Below are positions 19,530 through 26,199 of a stretch of DNA of 32,000 nucleotides, one piece after another. Source of the stretch: Nostoc punctiforme PCC 73102 (GTDB taxonomy: Bacteria > Cyanobacteriota > Cyanobacteriia > Cyanobacteriales > Nostocaceae); contig NC_010628.1 of assembly GCF_000020025.1 (NCBI RefSeq), positions 3,330,001 through 3,362,000 on the forward strand, read 5' to 3'. Position 1 is the first letter of the stretch; each line of letters opens with the position of its first letter. A model generated the notes under the pieces. It saw nothing but the letters and a program-made list of their open reading frames with translations. It did not search any database and had not been told where the DNA came from. The translations under genes and the position numbers were made by a program.

Positions 19530-20558
19530 TTAACTCTCTACTTCAACTGGTGTATTTTTCCCTTTAGCCTTAGCCTTTTTCTTTTCAGTTGCGACGTGAC
19601 GGAAGGGTTCATAAGATTGGGTTAAACGCTTAAGAAAATTATCACGTTCGGCTTCTGACCAATTAGTTTCTACATCAGTCAGTAAATTTGCTAATTCTTC
19701 TTCAGATAGCTGCACAGAAACCCCTCTCTTATTTTTCCAATTAGCAATTACTTGTTTGCTTGCTGTAATTAATTGATTAATATTCAAAGGATGTTCTAAA
19801 GGTTTACCTAATACATCATAAGTAGCTTGTACAAGTTCTAGAGAACTAGGAAGTTCAGTAATACTACCAAATACACCTAATATCTCGTTTTCCATTCGTC
19901 CAACACGACTTGAAACCGCACCATAACGACTTGTGAAAAGAATATTACCGATGATATATCTCAGTTCATCAGCAGTTACATCTTTTAGGGTGACGACATC
20001 CAAAAAATGCACACCTGGTTTAATGTATTCGCTGGTATTCAAGGCTGTTGAGGCGTTACCTTTTTCATCGCGCATTGTGCCATTTTCGTAGATGGCGTTT
20101 ATGGTGCGATCGCCTACAACATCACTAGCAGGTAAAATACTAAAAGCGTCTTCAGTCCAAATACGACTTTTTTGTGCGCCACCTCCACCAGCAGCGAAGC
20201 CGTAAAGGAAACAATCTACACACATTTCACAAGGTGCATTAGTATTTAAAGAACAAAGAGAGCCATCTTTAATATTGGTATATAAAAGTTCATGCGCTCT
20301 TAAATGTTCACGTCCGTAGCGTCTTTCTGGTGCTACTTGTTTGCGCTTAGTCATTACCAAGCGTTGAATTATAGTTTTTTGATTTTCACCCTCTAAACCA
20401 GCTTGTACAAATTCGCTACACATTGGCTCACCTGAACCTTCTGTGCGGAAGATAGTTTCAGAATGGGTTGTTCTTAAAACAACTAAAGTAATAAAACGCC
20501 CTTTAGGGAAGTTTTCATAACTTGCTGCTAGTACTGTAGAAAGTTTTGAAATTGACAT
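19530..20558 (-). CDS. csc2: Type I-D Cas7d (Csc2) backbone subunit
   Basis: 342 aa, directly downstream of cas10d. It has a cysteine cluster CEMCVDCFLYGFAAGGGG and RAMP-like glycine-rich segments. The size and position are typical of Csc2. Confidence 0.82.
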   Translation of the reverse strand: MSISKLSTVLAASYENFPKGRFITLVVLRTTHSETIFRTEGSGEPMCSEFVQAGLEGENQKTIIQRLVMTKRKQVAPERRYGREHLRAHELLYTNIKDGSLCSLNTNAPCEMCVDCFLYGFAAGGGGAQKSRIWTEDAFSILPASDVVGDRTINAIYENGTMRDEKGNASTALNTSEYIKPGVHFLDVVTLKDVTADELRYIIGNILFTSRYGAVSSRVGRMENEILGVFGSITELPSSLELVQATYDVLGKPLEHPLNINQLITASKQVIANWKNKRGVSVQLSEEELANLLTDVETNWSEAERDNFLKRLTQSYEPFRHVATEKKKAKAKGKNTPVEVES

Positions 20559-20575
20559 GATAAACTCCTAATTAT

Positions 20576-21010
20576 TTAAACGGTTGCAGTTGTTTCGACA
20601 GAATCATTTTCAGATTGGCTTTTAAGCTGTTTACGCGCTTCTTCAAGGAAGAATAAATAAGCAGCTTCTAAAGTTTTTTGGTCAGATAAAAACTTTTCAG
20701 GACGTGCTGAATAAACCTCCTCATATAGTTTTCGTAATAGCTCGTAATAACGCTTGACCTGTTCATACTTTGTTGCACCTACGCCATGCTCACGGATACG
20801 GTCTAAGCGAGTATGATATTGCTGTACTAAAGCAGCAAAAATTACATCTAAACCCAAATAAGACTTTTGAGAACGAATAGCAGCTATAAAGGCTGTAAAC
20901 GGTTCTGCTTGAGCAGTTCGTTTAAAAGAACTTCCCCAAATTTTTCCCTCTGCTGCAACTTGAGCAGCTTCTCTAAGATATTTAGTTAAGAGTAAGTTTT
21001 CATCAGGCAT
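20576..21010 (-). CDS. Candidate internally translated small subunit (Cas11d-like), nested in frame in the cas10d 3' end
   Basis: An in-frame ATG at 21010-21008 is preceded by GGAGAGcttt (Shine-Dalgarno-like, ~6 nt spacing). It would give a 144-aa helical C-terminal product (MPDENLLLTKYLREAAQ…). It is called by analogy to reported internal translation of Cas11d. Confidence 0.4.
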   Translation of the reverse strand: MPDENLLLTKYLREAAQVAAEGKIWGSSFKRTAQAEPFTAFIAAIRSQKSYLGLDVIFAALVQQYHTRLDRIREHGVGATKYEQVKRYYELLRKLYEEVYSARPEKFLSDQKTLEAAYLFFLEEARKQLKSQSENDSVETTATV

Positions 21011-23317
21011 AAAGCTCTCCAACAAAGTATTTAACGGTTCACAAATGCGACTCCAAATAACGCTCAAATTTGGTTCGTCTTGTTCTCGCAGAGTCCAACG
21101 TAGCAAGACATAATAAAGTTCAATTGGTCTGACACAAGCACGAGCCAAATCATACAAACAATCATCAGCTTTCTGAATACTTGCAACAGATGTTGCTAGT
21201 TTGCTAATACATTGCAGTCGCTCAATAATTCTTTCTGCACTTAGAGTCTCTCTATTTTCCTTAATTTCTTCTTTCTTAAAACGTTTATACTGACCACTTC
21301 CAAGTAGACGTATAAGTGCAGATGGAATTCCTTCTACTCTTCCAAAAATCCTATCGTCAACTGTATGAGTTGATATTTCTACCTCTAAGTTTCCACTGAG
21401 AGTAAAAGGAAAGCCAATATCTAAAGACAAGGAAATTTCTAAAGCAAGTCTCAGTGATTTTAGTAAAGCTAAAGAATTATTAACATCTCCCCAAAGTAAA
21501 GGAATAATGACAGATGTATGAACAAAATCAGGACGTTTTGGTAATGCTAAACCGACTACTTTGTTAGCTTTAAATTCAAGCTGGTTATCTTTATATAATT
21601 TCAATTCATCAACTGTGACAGTACCTCCCTCAGCATTTGTCGCTGCGAGTTGTTTTAAAAGTTCACGCCAAATTCTCAACAGTTCTGGAGCAGAACCTTT
21701 AGGTAATGCTAAGTGCAAATAAAGGGGGTCTTGTTTTTTAACAGCAGGAAAATTCGCCCCAACTGCCATTAATTGGTAAGCTAAAGCTGCAATTGAATCT
21801 GCTTGCCTTTTCGGTTCAGCACTAATACCACCCGGTAAGCGGTTAGAAAAAGCTTGTACTTTTGTACCAGGAGGCATATTATCTGAAATTAGCTCATCTA
21901 TATCAGTAGAAGTAGAACCTAAAGAGCATCTTTGTCTGGGATTAGCTTCTACATAAGCATTTAAATCATTGCCTCCATTTAACCGAATAGCAAAAGGTAA
22001 ATTTACCATTCGGCTAACGGCTGCAATCATTTCTTCAGATACTTCTGTTTCTTCAGATATTTGTGTACTTTCCTTTCTTAGCTGGAAAGATTCTTGTAGA
22101 GCTTCTTTAATACCCTCAATTCCTTTAACAGCAGCCTTAGCAGCAAATAAAGGTCGCCCATATTGACCATTAAATGGCTCAATAGCAGTGCGCTGAAGTT
22201 CAGAGATACCCGTATGATGAGCGATTTTATCCCAAACTTCTTTAGGGGTTAATCCGGCTTCTCTATAACTGAGGTAAGCTGCCTTTAAACCTTCAGATAT
22301 GGCAAATTCTTCTGCATTACTTACAGGTAATAACTGAAGTTCAGCCGCTTTTATTAGTGCATCTGCACCAGCCGCTTCACCCCACTTAGTTACATCTTTA
22401 GCAATCTTGTCTGATTTATAACCAGCTTTTTTCCTTTCTAAAAGAGCCTCAACATTTACCAATACTTCCTCAATATTTTGTTGGATAGCTTGATGAGAAA
22501 CTTTAATACCATCTTTGGTAGCTCTGACAAGTCTTTCGATATTATTACCAAAAACTTGGTCAATTTTACTTTGCCAAACAGCAGCTATTTCTTTTGTAAA
22601 ATCTATATTTGCTAAAGCTTCCCCTTCAAAAAGTTCGCCATCAGGGAAAATTGCTAAAGGATTTAACCCATATTTTTGTAAAACTTCTTCGCAAGCACCC
22701 AGCAATAGGGCTGTAATATAGCCTTTGTCTTCAGAAATGCTGATTCTAAAAAGGTTACAGCTTCGTCCAAAAGCAACGGTTAATTCTTTTTCCAGTTTGC
22801 GAAAACGTTGTGCATCTGGAATTCCTAAATCAAACAAGTCCGCAGCTGTCAGCATCGCCGCCCAACGTTCAATATTTGGGTCTTCTGGTAAAAACCTTGA
22901 ACCATCGCTGATATTATGGCCTGAATGACGCTCAATTAGCTTTCTAACTAACTCCAAATCATCTTCTGAAACGACAAATGTAAGTACACAAGCTTTTTCA
23001 AGTTGTTCTCGTAAAAATTCCTGATTTCTAGCCAGGGTTTTAACATTGCGTTTTTGGGTATCTAATTTATTCAGGTCATGAACAGCAGTCGCAGCTAGTA
23101 GCAAAGGTCTTTTATCTTCTGGAACTTCTGCTATACGGCTGACTGTCAAAATGAACTGACACGCAGAATCGAGGTGTTCTGCAAGAGTTGTACCCGTTCT
23201 CACACCAGTTTGATGACGATGTGCATGATTTTCGTAAAGCTGGGGGCGAATTTCACTAAAATAAATCTCCTCCAAGGTTTTGGGAGGAGCATTTAAAAGC
23301 CGACTGCGCTTAATCAT
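20576..23317 (-). CDS. cas10d: Type I-D large subunit Cas10d with N-terminal HD nuclease domain
   Basis: 913 aa. The N-terminal HD motifs are …HAHRH…LAEHLDS…AATAVHDLNKLD. An HD domain here, together with an HD-less Cas3' helicase, is the type I-D signature. Confidence 0.88.
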   Translation of the reverse strand: MIKRSRLLNAPPKTLEEIYFSEIRPQLYENHAHRHQTGVRTGTTLAEHLDSACQFILTVSRIAEVPEDKRPLLLAATAVHDLNKLDTQKRNVKTLARNQEFLREQLEKACVLTFVVSEDDLELVRKLIERHSGHNISDGSRFLPEDPNIERWAAMLTAADLFDLGIPDAQRFRKLEKELTVAFGRSCNLFRISISEDKGYITALLLGACEEVLQKYGLNPLAIFPDGELFEGEALANIDFTKEIAAVWQSKIDQVFGNNIERLVRATKDGIKVSHQAIQQNIEEVLVNVEALLERKKAGYKSDKIAKDVTKWGEAAGADALIKAAELQLLPVSNAEEFAISEGLKAAYLSYREAGLTPKEVWDKIAHHTGISELQRTAIEPFNGQYGRPLFAAKAAVKGIEGIKEALQESFQLRKESTQISEETEVSEEMIAAVSRMVNLPFAIRLNGGNDLNAYVEANPRQRCSLGSTSTDIDELISDNMPPGTKVQAFSNRLPGGISAEPKRQADSIAALAYQLMAVGANFPAVKKQDPLYLHLALPKGSAPELLRIWRELLKQLAATNAEGGTVTVDELKLYKDNQLEFKANKVVGLALPKRPDFVHTSVIIPLLWGDVNNSLALLKSLRLALEISLSLDIGFPFTLSGNLEVEISTHTVDDRIFGRVEGIPSALIRLLGSGQYKRFKKEEIKENRETLSAERIIERLQCISKLATSVASIQKADDCLYDLARACVRPIELYYVLLRWTLREQDEPNLSVIWSRICEPLNTLLESFMPDENLLLTKYLREAAQVAAEGKIWGSSFKRTAQAEPFTAFIAAIRSQKSYLGLDVIFAALVQQYHTRLDRIREHGVGATKYEQVKRYYELLRKLYEEVYSARPEKFLSDQKTLEAAYLFFLEEARKQLKSQSENDSVETTATV

Positions 23318-23428
23318 GTTGAAAGATATAAATTTAATACCAAACTCAGTCTCACAAAGTGGTCAACAAACACCATAGTCTGTCTTAATTTATTGCGCCA
23401 CTAGTACGAGTTTTTACTGAATAAATTT

Positions 23429-23788
23429 TCAAGCCCTATTTTCAGGTGGGCGAATTCTGACTCTATCTAATTCAGCAGTTACAATTGCACCAGAGAATAA
23501 TTCGTCTCTGTAAAGCTGGAGTACCTGCAAACAAACTATTGATTGTTCTTTGGTTGAGAGATTAACTAAGCGCAAGATACCACAGTGAGGATTTCCCCGC
23601 AGAATTGCTAACTCTCCAAAATCTTTATCAAGGGTGACTAAAATCCTACCTTCACGATAGGCGGTTGCTAAAATTTCCTCGTCACCTGGGTCTTTTGGCC
23701 AATCTCCAGACCAAACCACATCATACCCAGTCGTTTGTAAATCGTTACGCACCCTAGCATTAATGCAAGTATCTAGTAGTATTTTCAC
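23429..23788 (-). CDS. DUF5615-family PIN-like (Mut7-C-like) putative toxin
   Basis: 119 aa, MKILLDTCIN…DEEILATAYREGRILVTLDKDFGELA…GILRL. It overlaps the upstream DUF433 gene by 4 nt (ATGA). Confidence 0.8.
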   Translation of the reverse strand: MKILLDTCINARVRNDLQTTGYDVVWSGDWPKDPGDEEILATAYREGRILVTLDKDFGELAILRGNPHCGILRLVNLSTKEQSIVCLQVLQLYRDELFSGAIVTAELDRVRIRPPENRA

Positions 23789-24036
23789 CTTGGAGATTCT
23801 ATCAATAAAGGTTCAATTCGTTCATGACCAACTAACCTTCGTGCATAGATTAAACAAGCTTGCACATCTTCCCGTTCTAACCAGGGATAAGCTTCTAGCA
23901 AAGTTTCAATAGTATCTCCTACTGCTAACATTCCTAAAATATGTTCAACAGCTAGGCGACGACCTCGAATTATCGGTTTACCACCAAAGATTTGGGGGTT
24001 AAATGTGATTCTTTCTAGTAACGTTTGTTCGTTCAT
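23785..24036 (-). CDS. DUF433-domain putative antitoxin
   Basis: 83 aa, …ITFNPQIFGGKPIIRGRRLAVEHILGMLAVGDTIETLLEAYPWLEREDVQACLIYA…, a canonical DUF433 pattern. It is translationally coupled to the DUF5615 gene. Confidence 0.82.
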   Translation of the reverse strand: MNEQTLLERITFNPQIFGGKPIIRGRRLAVEHILGMLAVGDTIETLLEAYPWLEREDVQACLIYARRLVGHERIEPLLIESPR

Positions 24037-24038
24037 GG

Positions 24039-24124
24039 TTTATGCAATGACCTCTAATACAAGGTTTACCGAAACAAATATTGGAGTCAAGGGAAATTCT
24101 GGACAGCAAACGATCATCGGTCAT
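24039..24124 (-). pseudogene. 5' fragment of a second DUF433 gene, paralogous to the one at 26196-26456
   Basis: It reads MTDDRLLSRISLDSNICFGKPCIRGHCIN…, compared with MSDNDLLSRISIDPNICFGKPCIRGHRIW… at 26456. A 17-nt run ggtttaccgaaacaaat is identical in both copies. The fragment runs out of frame into the intact DUF433 gene and terminates shortly after. Confidence 0.7.
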
Positions 24125-24223
24125 GGTCGTTGACCTCACTAGCTGCTTTTTCAAGAAATGGGAGTAGTAGTAACTACCCCCGATAGGTGAAAAATACTGT
24201 TTATACGATCGCTTTTGACTCTA

Positions 24224-24406
24224 CTACCAACCGCCACTTTCGTCGTTGGCCTTGAATACGACGATCTTCAAAGATATAACCTCTTTTCTCAGAACATACA
24301 TAGTTGCAGAGAATAGATAGCTAATTTTCTTGACCAATTCCTCGGTAGAGTACCAGGAAGCATCTGACATAAGCCGAAGCATACGATCTGGAAGGTTGTC
24401 TTTCAA
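24224..24406 (-). CDS. Small ORF resembling an HTH_11/YafY-type winged-helix N-terminal domain; possibly a truncated regulator remnant
   Basis: 60 aa with a TTG start preceded by GAGGTGAT. The segment …RMLRLMSDASWYSTEELVKKIS…VLRKEV…ESGGW* resembles the HTH plus GGY end of YafY-like HTH-WYL regulators but stops where the WYL domain would begin. The similarity was judged by eye only. Confidence 0.3.
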   Translation of the reverse strand: MKDNLPDRMLRLMSDASWYSTEELVKKISYLFSATMYVLRKEVISLKIVVFKANDESGGW

Positions 24407-24559
24407 AGTAGATCACCTCAATAGGTTTGCGCCGAAAAAGCCGTGTTAGTGCTAACCTATGAGATAGGACTCAACATAGGTGAACTGAAACGACTTTGTT
24501 TCGGTTCTCCTGAATATAACATATTCCTGTCTGTAGTAAAGAAGTGTCTTGTTAGGCTT

Positions 24560-24664
24560 GCGAACAAAAAAATGTTCCGCGAGATTTTTGAGATAGGTCA
24601 CATTGAGTTTATGAAAATTGTCAAATCAGCGAGCAAAAAAAATGTTCACCGAGATTTTTGAGAT
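24560..24664. repeat. Two ~35-bp direct repeats, ~69 bp apart, immediately upstream of the mini-CRISPR
   Basis: gcgaacaaaaaaatgttccgcgagatttttgagat (24560-24594) versus gcgagcaaaaaaaatgttcaccgagatttttgagat (24629-24664). They differ by 3 substitutions and 1 indel. Each contains CAAAAA…TTTTTG inverted ends. Confidence 0.85.
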
Positions 24665-24671
24665 GTATACT
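24643..24671 (+). promoter_or_regulatory. Candidate promoter for the mini-CRISPR RNA
   Basis: A near-consensus -10 TATACT lies at 24666-24671, right after direct repeat 2. The -35 is weak (TGTTCA with a 17-nt spacer, or TTCACC with a 15-nt spacer). Motif-level evidence only. Confidence 0.25.
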
Positions 24672-24680
24672 AAAGAAGCC

Positions 24681-24779
24681 TTGAGAATACACTCTAATCC
24701 CTAGCAGGGATTGAAATTGTAGGAAAGATGTGATCAAGGCATTAACATAACTTCATGAATCCCTATCAGGGATTGTAAG
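24681..24779 (+). ncRNA. Degenerate two-repeat mini-CRISPR (psiR1, ~25-40 nt psi-spacer, psiR2): a crRNA-like RNA candidate or a decayed array remnant
   Basis: psiR1 (24681-24717) ttgagaatacactctAATCCCTAgCAGGGATTGAAAt matches the transcribed-orientation repeat at 20 of its last 22 nt. psiR2 (24743-24779) …TTCATgAATCCCTATCAGGGATTGtAAg matches about 26 nt with 1 substitution and 1 deletion. Both keep the 7-bp Cas6-type stem. The orientation is opposite to the main array. Confidence 0.6.
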
Positions 24780-24802
24780 CCAGAGTGTAGCTCTGGCTTT
24801 TT
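24778..24802 (+). terminator. Rho-independent terminator directly after psiR2
   Basis: An 8-bp stem agccagag / ctctggct with a 5-nt loop tgtag, followed by a T-run (ttttt). The stem starts within the last 2 nt of psiR2. Confidence 0.65.
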
Positions 24803-24921
24803 CCGTATTTGCCTAGCGAGTAACATTGTGTCTTTTGGTATTCAAATTATTGATTAACTTAGTATACATATAAAATAGCTAGAAATACCATTAATGTCAA
24901 TAGTGTAACTGCAAATTATAG

Positions 24922-25791
24922 ATGCCGAGAAAAAAAGAAACGATTACACTGTCAATTCCGCCGGGAACCAAGGATCAACTAGAAGCGATCGCTCGCCAAC
25001 TCAATATCACTTGGGGCAAAGAACCAAGTATTTCGGGCTTAATAGTAGCGATCGCACAACAATCTGTAGAGGTCGGAAAGCCTTTCACCCTTGACTCAAA
25101 CCAAGTTAACGCTTTACACAAAGCTATCAAAGCCCTGAGTGATGCAGGTCAGATAGGGGAAGCTCAAACTGTACTTACACTTTTGTTAGAGCGTAGTAAT
25201 CTTGAAGCTCCCTTGCGTCAATCGCTGATGAAACAACTGAGTCAACCTGCTCCTGCATGGCGAATTCAAATTGAAGAGTTAATCAAGAAACAACAGCCTT
25301 TCTACCTTGTTTATCAAAACTCTCAAGGTGATGAATTAGCATATACAGTTCGCTATGCTGAAGTTCGTTTCTTTGAGAGACGTTTTTACTTAATGATGTG
25401 GTGTGAAGAAACTCAAGATGTAGAAAACGATATTCCTGATTTACCAGAGTTATGGCACAATCGCTGCTTGCGCCTAGACCGCATTGAATCAATGGCAACT
25501 ATACCCGCCAGTGGAAATTGGCGTGGAGAACTAGGTTATCTAGAAGTGTACTTGCATTTTCGCCAAGGCTTAGTTAAAGCCTATCAACCTAAAGAAGATG
25601 ACATTAAAGATGAAGTTATTGGAGATGTTCGCCAAGTCGTGCGGAGAGTAGTTAATGATTTTTGGTTGATTCGAGAAGTATCACGGTATTGGGAAGATTG
25701 CGTGATTGTATCACCAGAGAGTCTGCGCGATCGCCTCAAACAAAAACTCGTCACCCTTTGCCAGTTATACGATATCGAAACCAGGAGTTAA
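24922..25791 (+). CDS. WYL-domain transcriptional regulator with an N-terminal ribbon-helix-helix-like segment (CRISPR-associated regulator candidate)
   Basis: 289 aa. The N-terminus ETITLSIPPGTKDQLEAIARQLN…SISGLIVAIAQ has an RHH-like strand-helix-helix pattern. The central block PFYLVYQNSQGDELAYTVRYAEVRFFERRFYLMMWCEE…RCLRLDRIESM fits the WYL-domain consensus. It is transcribed divergently from the cas operon. Confidence 0.8.
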   Translation: MPRKKETITLSIPPGTKDQLEAIARQLNITWGKEPSISGLIVAIAQQSVEVGKPFTLDSNQVNALHKAIKALSDAGQIGEAQTVLTLLLERSNLEAPLRQSLMKQLSQPAPAWRIQIEELIKKQQPFYLVYQNSQGDELAYTVRYAEVRFFERRFYLMMWCEETQDVENDIPDLPELWHNRCLRLDRIESMATIPASGNWRGELGYLEVYLHFRQGLVKAYQPKEDDIKDEVIGDVRQVVRRVVNDFWLIREVSRYWEDCVIVSPESLRDRLKQKLVTLCQLYDIETRS

Positions 25792-26199
25792 GTGTGTTCG
25801 GGGAGACTGAAAAGCCTTCCCTCCTAATACATCTGGCTCAATCGGTCGATATTCCTGAATGCTTCCCCTCTGAATAATCCACAACTTCCCAGTTACTTCT
25901 GCGGCATTTAGCCCCTGAATCAGTGTCTCTATTGCTTCTTGCCAAAATGCACAATTAGGACGAGAGGGTAAGCGAATAATCACAATTCCTGGATAATCAG
26001 AAGGATTGTATTTTAGACGATTTCCAAATCCGCGATCGCAAGTAACTAAACATCTACCTTCACACCTACAAACATCAATAACTTCAGTATCTGGTGCACA
26101 ACTTAAACCTTGTCCTGGGACTGTTGCAATATCATGTCCTGCTAATTGCAATAAAGTTACAACGCGCAAGTCGATATTTTCATCTAGCTTTAATTTCAC
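25765..26199 (-). CDS. DUF5615-family PIN-like putative toxin (second copy)
   Basis: VKLKLDENIDLRVV…GHDIATV…DTEVIDVCRCEGRCLVTCDRGFGN…GIVIIRL. The preferred start is GTG 26199-26197, overlapping the DUF433 stop as GTGA. The ORF-track start at 26277 lies inside the antitoxin gene. The 3' end overlaps the convergent WYL gene by 27 nt. Confidence 0.75.
   Translation of the reverse strand: MKLKLDENIDLRVVTLLQLAGHDIATVPGQGLSCAPDTEVIDVCRCEGRCLVTCDRGFGNRLKYNPSDYPGIVIIRLPSRPNCAFWQEAIETLIQGLNAAEVTGKLWIIQRGSIQEYRPIEPDVLGGKAFQSPRTHLTPGFDIV

Noticed and set aside
15210-22928. Short ORFs nested in or antisense to cas genes (15210-15449, 16648-16842, 17572-17757, 21969-22166, 22515-22721, 22725-22928).
   Set aside because: They are fully contained in longer ORFs with clear Cas family features. 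They have no start-site signals and no recognisable motifs.
24443-24661. A 72-aa plus-strand ORF (GTG start) spanning both 35-bp direct repeats.
   Set aside because: It has no RBS. Its sequence is largely dictated by the duplicated A/T-rich element (…ANKKMFREIFEI… / …ASKKNVHRDF*). It is better explained as non-coding regulatory DNA.
25283-25877. ORFs 25283-25498 (minus strand) and 25662-25877 (plus strand).
   Set aside because: The first is antisense to the WYL gene. The second is an out-of-frame overlap of its 3' end. Neither has a recognisable motif.
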